From positions 65,138 through 129,137 of the forward strand of contig JABHWM010000005.1 of assembly GCA_018657765.1 (NCBI GenBank): a DNA stretch of 64,000 nt, in the 5' to 3' direction. Position 1 is the first letter of the stretch, and each line of letters begins with the position of its first letter. Under the pieces are notes generated by a model, which saw only the letters and a program-made list of their open reading frames with translations, searched no databases and was not told where the DNA came from. Made by a program: the position numbers and the translations under genes. Origin of the DNA: Minisyncoccota bacterium. GTDB taxonomy: Bacteria > Patescibacteriota > Microgenomatia > UBA1400 > PJMF01. Below, one piece after another: positions 55,219 to 63,458 of this stretch.

Positions 55219-56363
55219 AAAAACCTTCCATACTTATGATCGGCACAGCAGACACTATGGGTGGGGCAGCCCGTCAAAGTTGGATCCTGGGTCATGAATT
55301 AAAATCTAAAGGATATAAAGTTAGATGGTTAGTTCGCACCAAAAAATCAAATAAGAGCTATGTTCATGGTTTTTTTAATCACTGGCAAACAAACTTTGCT
55401 CATTTGAGAAATTTTTTATTATCTAATGACCTTGATTCTGGATTAGAAAAAGAAATTTTTGATCACTCTTGGTACAAACAAGCAGATATTATTCATTTAC
55501 AAAACCTACATGGAAACTACTTTAGACTAAAATCTATTATCAGGATTTCTAAAGAAAAAAAACTAATTTGGACTCTACATGACATGTGGGCTATTACTGG
55601 AAAATCACCATATATCATCACTAACAAAGAGAATAATTGGCTTTATCCACCAATGTTGATAGATACTCATAAAAAATTAAAAATAAAAAAACAAAAAATC
55701 TATAAACAACTAAAAAACATCCAGCTAATAACACCATCAGTTTGGCTAAATAATTTAGTTAAAAAATCGTCTCTCAAAAAGTTTGCTAACACTACTATTT
55801 ACAACGGAGTAGATACTAATAAATATAAACCAAAAAAAATAAATCAACAAAAAATAATTATAACAACAGTAATTAGCGGTGGTTTTCAAAGTCCATTTAA
55901 AGGTGGGGAATTAATCAAAAATCTAATTCCATTAATAAAAAATCTAGATTTAGAACTTCATTTTGTTGGAGGAAAGAAAAAGCATAGAGATAGCAATATT
56001 ATTTATCATGGAAAATTAGATCAAAAACAACTCATAAATCAGTATCAACAATCAACTGCTATTTTAGTTCCGTCACTAGCAGATAATTGCCCAATGGTAA
56101 TTATTGAATCATTATCTTGTGGAATACCAGTTATTGCCACCAAAGTAGGAGGAATTCCAGAGCTTATTACTCATAAAAAAAATGGTTATTTAGCAGATCC
56201 AAATCTAAATAGTCTTTTAAATGGAATAAATTGGCTTATGAAATTAAATAATAAAGAAATCAACAAAATTAAAAAAAATAATCGTCAGAAAACTCTTAAG
56301 AATTTCTCACTTTCAACAATGGTCAATAAATACGAAAAACTCTATCATTCCCTCTCTTCATAA
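55215..56363 (+). CDS. GT-B fold glycosyltransferase (GT4)
   Basis: Blocks ILMIGTADTMGGAARQ and ILVPSLADNCPMVIIESLSCGIPVIATKVGGIPELI. Confidence 0.7.
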   Translation: MKKPSILMIGTADTMGGAARQSWILGHELKSKGYKVRWLVRTKKSNKSYVHGFFNHWQTNFAHLRNFLLSNDLDSGLEKEIFDHSWYKQADIIHLQNLHGNYFRLKSIIRISKEKKLIWTLHDMWAITGKSPYIITNKENNWLYPPMLIDTHKKLKIKKQKIYKQLKNIQLITPSVWLNNLVKKSSLKKFANTTIYNGVDTNKYKPKKINQQKIIITTVISGGFQSPFKGGELIKNLIPLIKNLDLELHFVGGKKKHRDSNIIYHGKLDQKQLINQYQQSTAILVPSLADNCPMVIIESLSCGIPVIATKVGGIPELITHKKNGYLADPNLNSLLNGINWLMKLNNKEINKIKKNNRQKTLKNFSLSTMVNKYEKLYHSLSS

Positions 56364-56393
56364 TTACCCCAAAAGATGTCATAATTTCCAGAC

Positions 56394-57656
56394 ATGAAAC
56401 TTCTCAAATCTACCGGCATAAGACAATCTGTCTTTACTGTAATTGGAAACCTAATGGGCACTGGTATAGCTGCAATAGCTGTAATTTTACTTATTCGTAT
56501 TCTAGGGCCAGAGAAATATGCAGAGTTTAGTGTTGGATTTGCTATTGTCTTGATGCTCACTAGACTTAATGATCTGGGTCTCAACCCAACAATCGTAAAG
56601 TTTGCTTCAGAGTTAAAAACAAACTCAGAAAAAAACTTTATTTATAACTATGCCTTGAAATACAAGCTCTTAGTTTCCACGATAATAATATTACTAGGAG
56701 TTTTCTTCTATAAACCAATAGCAGAGATATTGAAACTAAATGAGCCACTTATTATTTTACTGAGTTTTTCTTTCGGTCTAGCCACTGTTTATTACGAATA
56801 TTTATTATCAATTTTCCAGTCACTCCATTCTTTTGGAAAAACAGTTCTTATTAACACTATCCAGGCTATAGTAAAACTACTAGCTGTTGGCACATTGTTT
56901 TTTATTGGTTCACAAAATATTCTCCCAGCATATTTTTGGTATATCTTTGCCACTTTTATCCCAGTTTTCTTTGCAAGAAAGCTACTTCCAGATTGGTTCA
57001 AAATAGATTTTAATAGAAGTAATAAGAAACTTCAGAAAAAAATTCTTTCTTTAGCTAGTCATGCCAGCATTGGTCTTATTGCCGCAGGAATAATAGAAAA
57101 CATTGATATTCTTTTTGTCCAAAAATACCTCACAGCCTACGAAACAGGTCTTTATGGAGGAATCTCTAGAATTGCTTTATTCTTTGCCATTGTGGCTTAT
57201 TCACTGGGAAATGTTCTAAATGCTAGAGCCTCAAAATATAAATCTAAAGAACATATTAGTGCTTTTCTAAAAAAATCTTTTATTTTATCTGCGCTGATTA
57301 TCCTCAGCTTTGCTTTGTTTGTACCACTAGCTAACCCTTTGATTTTTTACTCTATAGGAGCAGAATTTCTTTCTGGTAATTTGATCTTGATTATCCTCAC
57401 AGCAGGCTCTTTCTTTGCTCTAGCAGCCATTCCTTTTATTGCTATTTTCTTTGCCTTAGAAGCAAACTGGTATTTTTCTGTTAGTGGGATATTACAACTA
57501 ATTATTGTTCTGACAGGTAACTTTATGTTTGTGCCAGAGCATGGCCTGATAGCTGCTGCTTGGACTCGCTTTGCTACCAGATTATTTTTACTGTTATTTA
57601 CTGTTATTAGTAGCATTGTGGTATACAAGAAACAATATGGCAAAGTGGCTGCGTAA
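56394..57656 (+). CDS. Wzx-like polysaccharide flippase (MOP superfamily), second copy
   Basis: 420 aa, about 12 helices. N-terminal block SVFTVIGNLMGTGIAAIAVILLIRILGPEKYAEFSVGFAI. Confidence 0.65.
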   Translation: MKLLKSTGIRQSVFTVIGNLMGTGIAAIAVILLIRILGPEKYAEFSVGFAIVLMLTRLNDLGLNPTIVKFASELKTNSEKNFIYNYALKYKLLVSTIIILLGVFFYKPIAEILKLNEPLIILLSFSFGLATVYYEYLLSIFQSLHSFGKTVLINTIQAIVKLLAVGTLFFIGSQNILPAYFWYIFATFIPVFFARKLLPDWFKIDFNRSNKKLQKKILSLASHASIGLIAAGIIENIDILFVQKYLTAYETGLYGGISRIALFFAIVAYSLGNVLNARASKYKSKEHISAFLKKSFILSALIILSFALFVPLANPLIFYSIGAEFLSGNLILIILTAGSFFALAAIPFIAIFFALEANWYFSVSGILQLIIVLTGNFMFVPEHGLIAAAWTRFATRLFLLLFTVISSIVVYKKQYGKVAA

Positions 57657-59190
57657 AACATTCCAATTTATAGATAAATATTTTTTATTCCTGATTTTAG
57701 GAATTTATCTTTTATTTACTCTTCCAGCTCTTCTAGATTCCAATCATTTTCTATATAACCTAGAGCCATATCCAGATGGTCTTTTGTATGCCCTTAGTGG
57801 TAAGAACTTTTGGTTGGGGAGGGGACTAAAACTAATCTTTCCTTTTGGAGAACTTACTAATTGGGTACCACCAGTTTATTCATTGGCCTTAGGTCTTGGA
57901 GCTTTTATTTTTTCTATCCCTGCTTCGTTTTATGTAACAAATGTAATTATTAATTTACTCACTATCACTGTTTTTTTCTGGATCTTAAATACAACCACAA
58001 AAAAATCTACTACCAGAGACATTGGCATGATTGCTTTGTTATCTCACTTTATTTTTTTCTGGTTACCCAGTAGCCCTTTGACAGAAAATATATCTTTGTT
58101 ATTTTTTGTCACAATGATCGCTAGTTTTTTTATAAAAGACTGGAAGAAATATTTACTACTTAGTTTTAGTATCTTGGGATTATTATTTACTAGATACTCT
58201 ATCTTTCCTTTAATTATTGGCGGGATAATAGTGCCATTATTTATTTTCTTCAAAAAACTTTCTCCTAAGAAAAAAATCATTATTAGCTTATTAAGCTTAG
58301 GATTATTCATTTTGGCTTTGTGGTTTTTATCTCTAAAAAATATTTATTTACTAGGTTTTTCTAAAGTAATACTCAGTAATACTAGCCCTTGGTTTGGAAC
58401 CAGATTTATTACTTCTCATTTAATGATTTATCTCAAAATGATTTTATTTTCCAAAGGATTGTTTTTATGGATGAATATTGGTCTTACTAATTTTATTTTT
58501 TTTGGACTTTTCCTAACTAGTTTATTTGTCTTGTTCAAAAAAAGAATGTGGCAAAAATTCTGGATCTTATCTATTTTATTTATTGCTCAACTTCCATTAC
58601 AACTAGTTTTTTATGTAGCTGATGCTCGTTACCTTATTTACAGCATTCCTTTAATTATTTTGGGAGTTAGCTGGCTGATAGATGCTTTACCAAAAAAGAA
58701 AAAGCTTCTTATTGCTCTCACTATTCTTGGAATAATTCTCCAACTTTTTTTACAAAGAACTTTTGTTAGACAAGTACTGGCAGATAACCTGTTAGGAAGA
58801 TCAACCGCTTGGCAATACGAAGCAGTAGAACACTTCAATTCCGTGTTGAAAGATGAAGATCTATTAGTTACAGCTCTGCCACCTTTCTTGGTCGATATCT
58901 ACCAAACATCTGAATATAGAGTAGCTCCTCTTTCTTACAATCAGGAGTTTATGAACAAAAAACAATATCTCTGGGGGAATGATCTAAATTATGAACAGCT
59001 TACTGATACTTATACTCAATGGTTGGTAGAAGGGAAAAAAGTTTATATTTCCAATGCCTACATTACTCATCATAAAGATGTCATTAAAGACTATGAAACC
59101 ATAAAAGAAGTATTTTCATTAGAACTAGTCAGTGAAGGTTGTAGTAATGCCTGTGATATATATAAGTTGGAGTTACTGAAAAATGAATAA
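57637..59190 (+). CDS. large multi-pass membrane protein, possible GT-C glycosyltransferase or polymerase (singleton)
   Basis: The track ORF starts at 57571, deep inside the flippase gene; the in-frame ATG 57637 (MAKWLRKTF...) is more plausible. More than 10 hydrophobic helices and a soluble C-terminal domain. No diagnostic motif recognised. Confidence 0.4.
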   Translation: MAKWLRKTFQFIDKYFLFLILGIYLLFTLPALLDSNHFLYNLEPYPDGLLYALSGKNFWLGRGLKLIFPFGELTNWVPPVYSLALGLGAFIFSIPASFYVTNVIINLLTITVFFWILNTTTKKSTTRDIGMIALLSHFIFFWLPSSPLTENISLLFFVTMIASFFIKDWKKYLLLSFSILGLLFTRYSIFPLIIGGIIVPLFIFFKKLSPKKKIIISLLSLGLFILALWFLSLKNIYLLGFSKVILSNTSPWFGTRFITSHLMIYLKMILFSKGLFLWMNIGLTNFIFFGLFLTSLFVLFKKRMWQKFWILSILFIAQLPLQLVFYVADARYLIYSIPLIILGVSWLIDALPKKKKLLIALTILGIILQLFLQRTFVRQVLADNLLGRSTAWQYEAVEHFNSVLKDEDLLVTALPPFLVDIYQTSEYRVAPLSYNQEFMNKKQYLWGNDLNYEQLTDTYTQWLVEGKKVYISNAYITHHKDVIKDYETIKEVFSLELVSEGCSNACDIYKLELLKNE

Positions 59191-60874
59191 ACAGATATTT
59201 GAAAAATTACAAAAAACTATCCAAAGTAAAATCCCACTTTTTATAAAAATAACTGCTTTTATATTTTCTTTGACTTTAATTATCTTAGAAAGTAACTATC
59301 AATTAATAAAAACTACTAGATTAGGTGTTGATTTTGTTTCTTGGGGCTTATCTGCCATGGCTCCAATATTTGGGATTGGATTTCCATATATTAACTACTG
59401 GGGTATAAATCCACCTGGTTTACTTCTTTTCACGGCTTTGTGGGGACTATTAGCTGGCTCATCAATTCAATCATTTCATGTTTTATATGTTGTTCTATTA
59501 GCAAGCATTGTTTTTTTGACCTGGAAAATATTAAGAAGATTTTTTAGTTCATTAGAGAGTTTGGTTCTTTTTATAATATTTAATATTTTCTTTTTATCTA
59601 GTACTACTCAAAGCATGTTTTTTCCATCAGAAATAAATGGCTTAGTTTTTGCTTTGATCGGCCTTTATTTTGCTTTGAAAAAGAAAGTCTCTAAAAAAGA
59701 TATTTTTTGGGCTAGTTTCTTTTTTATTCTAGCGGGACAAATGAAAGAAGTTTTTGCTTTTACAGGTTTAACACTTTTTCCTCATTTATTAAAAGCTATT
59801 CACCTTGGAAAAAAAGACACTAAAAAGATTATTCTTTATGCTTCTTTAGGAATATTAACTAGTTTATTAGTCTTAGTAGGCTATTTAGCCATTAATTATT
59901 CTCTTGGAGAATATAGAGATATCTTGCAATATAAATCTGGACAATTTTCTTTAAGTGATTCTGGTAGATTTGAAAAGAATTTATTTCACAGTATTCATTA
60001 CCCAAAAGAAAGATTCATTTATCCCAAATATGAGATGGCAGTACTTTTATTTACTAGTTTTATTTCTTTTTTGATTTACTTGAGCCTAACTATTAAAAGT
60101 AAAAAAGCCTCCAAAAAAAACAACATTGCTGTGAGTTTTAAATTACCCTCACAAACAATAAATTACTCAATTCTTTTATTTTTTTGGATTGGCTCAACAA
60201 TGGGGTATATGGCTCAAGGTAGGTATGGATATAAATATGAAATTCCAGTAATTTTACCCATGATCTTAATTATTTCTTTGTCTATAAAAATTATTTTTAG
60301 ATCAATATTACAGTTTCTTAATATCAAACTTTCTAGAAATCTATATTTATTTATTAGCGCTATTTTATTTACTATCTTTTTACTTCCCAAGAAATTCTTT
60401 TTTATAGAACATTACCAAGATATTTCTAGTTATAGTTTTCAAACTCATAGAGATAAATGGCTCAACCTAGAAAATACAGGATCTATTGGGATGGAGACAC
60501 ATATAAAAAATAATACTAAAAGTTCAGATTGTATAACCTCTATTTATGGTTGGTCTGTGGGTAGTCAATATTATTATAGTCAACGAAAATCTTGCTCTAA
60601 ATATTTCTTGGTTAATATATTACCTGGAGGTAAATATAAAGACTACCAAAATGAGTTAATTAACAATCCGCCCAAAGCAATTGTTTATATTACTGGTAGT
60701 ACAGATATGAATATAGAAGAATTTGAACAAACAGCTTTTGATTTTTCTACAGTCCTAGAAAACTGCTATAAGCAAGACAATCAATTTTCATCGCTGTATT
60801 GGAGTAATTTCAATAAAGAAGAGTTGTCAGAGTGTTTGCTGTCTGGTATTCCAGAAAATAAAACCACTAATTAG
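59183..60874 (+). CDS. large multi-pass membrane protein, possible GT-C glycosyltransferase (singleton)
   Basis: 563 aa. It overlaps the upstream gene by 8 nt. The first loop has YWGINPPGLLLF, weakly like the HPPL block of PMT_2-type enzymes. The soluble C-terminal domain contains Cys residues. Confidence 0.4.
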   Translation: MNKQIFEKLQKTIQSKIPLFIKITAFIFSLTLIILESNYQLIKTTRLGVDFVSWGLSAMAPIFGIGFPYINYWGINPPGLLLFTALWGLLAGSSIQSFHVLYVVLLASIVFLTWKILRRFFSSLESLVLFIIFNIFFLSSTTQSMFFPSEINGLVFALIGLYFALKKKVSKKDIFWASFFFILAGQMKEVFAFTGLTLFPHLLKAIHLGKKDTKKIILYASLGILTSLLVLVGYLAINYSLGEYRDILQYKSGQFSLSDSGRFEKNLFHSIHYPKERFIYPKYEMAVLLFTSFISFLIYLSLTIKSKKASKKNNIAVSFKLPSQTINYSILLFFWIGSTMGYMAQGRYGYKYEIPVILPMILIISLSIKIIFRSILQFLNIKLSRNLYLFISAILFTIFLLPKKFFFIEHYQDISSYSFQTHRDKWLNLENTGSIGMETHIKNNTKSSDCITSIYGWSVGSQYYYSQRKSCSKYFLVNILPGGKYKDYQNELINNPPKAIVYITGSTDMNIEEFEQTAFDFSTVLENCYKQDNQFSSLYWSNFNKEELSECLLSGIPENKTTN

Positions 60875-60890
60875 TCCTTGCTAGCACTCA

Positions 60891-61376
60891 TTGGATGTGT
60901 TTATATTAAACAATATTGCCCAATCAGAAAGCCCTCCTTTGACAGAAAAAGTACTGATTCCACAAGGAACAAAACTGGATATTCAATATGGTGAAGACCA
61001 AGGATCCAACTTAATACATGCCTTTCTGAAAATAACTGACTATTCTGACAACTTTTTACTTGCAATGTTTAATGGATATGAAAGTACCGATAGAACTTCT
61101 TTTACAGTTCAAGACATCCAAAAAATTATTTTAATGGCAATTGTTCATCCTAGCTTTAGTAAAAACTCTACTCTGATCCTGAGGATTGTGGGTGATACTG
61201 AATTTAGTAATTTAGAGATAGAAGAAAGTAGCCGTGTTAAAGTTCCTAATAGAAAAACAAAAAAGAAAATAGATCAAGCTGAAATATTACCACTTACTAA
61301 AAAAAACTCATCAAAAAGCCAAAGAAAACAAGCTAGGAAAAAAAGAAATAAAAAAATAAAAAAGAAGAAAAAATAG
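60891..61376 (+). CDS. hypothetical protein with polybasic C-terminal tail
   Basis: 161 aa ORF with a TTG start (uncertain, no Shine-Dalgarno). The C-terminus is ...KSQRKQARKKRNKKIKKKKK. No family recognised. Confidence 0.35.
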   Translation: MDVFILNNIAQSESPPLTEKVLIPQGTKLDIQYGEDQGSNLIHAFLKITDYSDNFLLAMFNGYESTDRTSFTVQDIQKIILMAIVHPSFSKNSTLILRIVGDTEFSNLEIEESSRVKVPNRKTKKKIDQAEILPLTKKNSSKSQRKQARKKRNKKIKKKKK

Positions 61377-61384
61377 GAGAAATA

Positions 61385-61786
61385 TTGTCTATAAATAGAA
61401 GTAGTTATGTTTTTTCTAAAGATAGAAGATTCGAAAGAGAGCGCAGAGTTCATTATAAATGTGAAGAATGCGGAACTAAAACTGATTTATTAGGACATCA
61501 TATAATCTCTTGTTACATGGCTCGCAGAAACCCTGTTCTGATCCCCAGACTTATCAAAAAAGCCGAAAACCTCATGATGCTTTGTGAAGACTGTCATGAA
61601 AAAGCAGATGCTGATCAAAAAGAGTGGACTAGAGATGAAATAGGAATAATGGCTTGGGCTTTATTTGGCCTAGATCCAAAAAGAGTAGCAGATGCTCAAT
61701 GGACTACTGCAGATGAAGATAAAAGGAAAAGGCAGGCAGATAGAAAGAGACGGAAACGAAAAAAGAAAAAAGCTAGAAAAAAATAG
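61385..61786 (+). CDS. HNH endonuclease with polybasic C-terminal tail
   Basis: TTG start with AGGAGA 5 nt upstream. HNH/beta-beta-alpha-Me pattern CEECG...LLGHHII...N...LCEDCHEKAD. The tail is DRKRRKRKKKKARKK. Confidence 0.65.
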   Translation: MSINRSSYVFSKDRRFERERRVHYKCEECGTKTDLLGHHIISCYMARRNPVLIPRLIKKAENLMMLCEDCHEKADADQKEWTRDEIGIMAWALFGLDPKRVADAQWTTADEDKRKRQADRKRRKRKKKKARKK

Positions 61787-61876
61787 AACTTAGAGCAAAA
61801 ATTTCATAAGTGTCAGAAATTAGTAATAAAATAAAGTTATATTATTGACAGATGTGATATTTATGACACACTATTT

Positions 61877-62207
61877 ATGGTTAAAAAATCAATTATTTTA
61901 TATAAAAAAATAGAAAAAGAACTGTCCAAATTACCAAAAACAGTTCAATTAAAACTCAAAGGATTATTAGAAATTCTAGAGTCAGAAGGGAAACTAGAAA
62001 TACCTTTTGCAAAAAAGTTATCAAAACAAGAGGGTTTATTTGAAATAAGAATAAAACATAAAGGACAGTGGAGAGTTATTTACGCATAATACTATAAATA
62101 GATCAATAATAATACTTAGTGTATTTCTTAAAAAAACTAAAAAAACACCACTAAAAGAATTAAATAAATCACATAAAAGACTAAAAGCATATTTAAGAAA
62201 GAAATAA
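61877..62207 (+). pseudogene. HigB/RelE-type (Gp49-like) toxin gene disrupted by a frameshift
   Basis: Frame 2 reads ...LFEIRIKHKGQWRVIYA then TAA at 62087. Frame 0 is open from 62055 and reads ...NRSIIILSVFLKKTKKTPLKELNKSHKRLKAYLRKK. It ends in a TAATG overlap with the antitoxin start. Together they rebuild the usual toxin layout (yRiiY...iillhgF-KKTqKTP). Confidence 0.6.
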
Positions 62208-62485
62208 TGAAAAATATTACAATTCCACTCAAAGATTTTTTACCAAATATTACTAAAAAAGAACGAGAGTTTATTAATCAAGAAAAAAAATATTACCAAA
62301 TAGTTGTTTCTTTAAAGAAAAAAAGAAAAGAACTTGGACTAACCCAAAAAAAACTTTCAGATCTATCAAATATTCCTAGAACAACTATTACCAGGGTAGA
62401 ATCTGGATCTAGAAATGCAACTTTACAAACATTGATGTCACTAGCTCATGCTATGGGTAGTACTTTTGAACTAAAACTTACCTAG
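62207..62485 (+). CDS. XRE-family helix-turn-helix antitoxin (HigA-like)
   Basis: HTH block LGLTQKKLSDLSNIPRTTITRVESGSRNATLQTLMSLAHAMG. Positioned directly downstream of, and overlapping, the toxin remnant. Confidence 0.7.
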   Translation: MKNITIPLKDFLPNITKKEREFINQEKKYYQIVVSLKKKRKELGLTQKKLSDLSNIPRTTITRVESGSRNATLQTLMSLAHAMGSTFELKLT

Positions 62486-63449
62486 AAAACCACTCCACAG
62501 TCTTTTTAAGACCTTCTTCAAAACTTACAGTTGGCTCCCAGTCTAATAACTCCTTGGCTTTGCTAATATCTGGCTTACGACGAGTAGGATCATCTCCTGG
62601 AAGATCTTTATGCTCGATCATTGGCTCTGAAGACTCTTCATAAACTTCTCGCCAAATAATGTTAGCAGTCTGACTAACGGTATATTCTTCTGGATTACCA
62701 ATATTAACAGTCTCACCTTTGGCTCTTGGTTCTAAAGAAAGGCGTAAAATTCCCTCTACCAAATCACTTACATAACAATAAGATCTTGTTTGTGAACCAC
62801 TCCCGAAAATAGTCATTGGCCTTTTATGCAAAGCAGAATTAATGAAACTAGGAATAACTCGGCCGTCTTCTGCACCGATTCTAGGGCCATAGGTATTAAA
62901 AATTCTTACAATTCTAGTATCTATCTCAAAATCTCTATTAAAAACCCCACAAATAGTCTCTCCTAGACGCTTGCTTTCGTCATAACAAGAACGAATCCCA
63001 TTAGGATTCACATTGCCCCAATAGGTTTCTTTTTGTGGATGCTCCAAAGGATCTCCATAAGCTTCTGATGTTCCAGCAAAGATAAAGGTTCCTTCTGGAT
63101 TTGTAGCTTGTAGATACTGTAAAAGAGCATCTGTAGCTACTGTATTAACCAGGTAAGTCTCTCTAGGGTATTTTTGGTAAAAGGGTGGAGAAGCGGGAGA
63201 AGCAAAATGAAAGATATAGTCAAAAACTTCACCTTGGAGATAATTACCAGCTGGTTGAGTTACATCTGCTTCAATAAATCTGAGATTTTCTGATTCTACC
63301 TCTGAGAGATTATCTGCATTACCAGTGATAAAATTATCTATACCCATCACCATCGCGCCTTCTTCTAGCATTGTTTCCACCAAGTGAGAACCAAGAAAGC
63401 CAGCTGCTCCGGTTACCAAGACTTTTTTACCTGCAAAACGATTTAACAT
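62478..63449 (-). CDS. uxs: UDP-glucuronate decarboxylase (UDP-xylose synthase)
   Basis: Blocks KVLVTGAAGFLGSHLVE, GIDNFITG, HFASPASPPFY, GTSEAYGDPLEHPQKETYWGNVNPNGIRSCYDESKR, IVRIFNTYGPR and GSGSQTRSYCYVSDLVEG. These are the characteristic UXS/ArnA-decarboxylase-type SDR blocks. Confidence 0.85.
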   Translation of the reverse strand: MLNRFAGKKVLVTGAAGFLGSHLVETMLEEGAMVMGIDNFITGNADNLSEVESENLRFIEADVTQPAGNYLQGEVFDYIFHFASPASPPFYQKYPRETYLVNTVATDALLQYLQATNPEGTFIFAGTSEAYGDPLEHPQKETYWGNVNPNGIRSCYDESKRLGETICGVFNRDFEIDTRIVRIFNTYGPRIGAEDGRVIPSFINSALHKRPMTIFGSGSQTRSYCYVSDLVEGILRLSLEPRAKGETVNIGNPEEYTVSQTANIIWREVYEESSEPMIEHKDLPGDDPTRRKPDISKAKELLDWEPTVSFEEGLKKTVEWFSR

Positions 63450-63458
63450 AAGAGTTTT

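Noticed and set aside
39653-56363. Calling the AT-rich island a mobile genomic island.
   Set aside because: I could find no flanking direct repeats, tRNA target or mobility genes. Cassette exchange by homologous recombination is the more conservative reading, so it is reported as a compositional island only.
61845-61873. TTGACA at 61845 as a promoter for the toxin remnant, with TGACA direct repeats as an operator.
   Set aside because: The hexamer at the correct spacing (acacta) is a poor -10 box, and the repeats are only 5-6 nt. The evidence is too weak to call.
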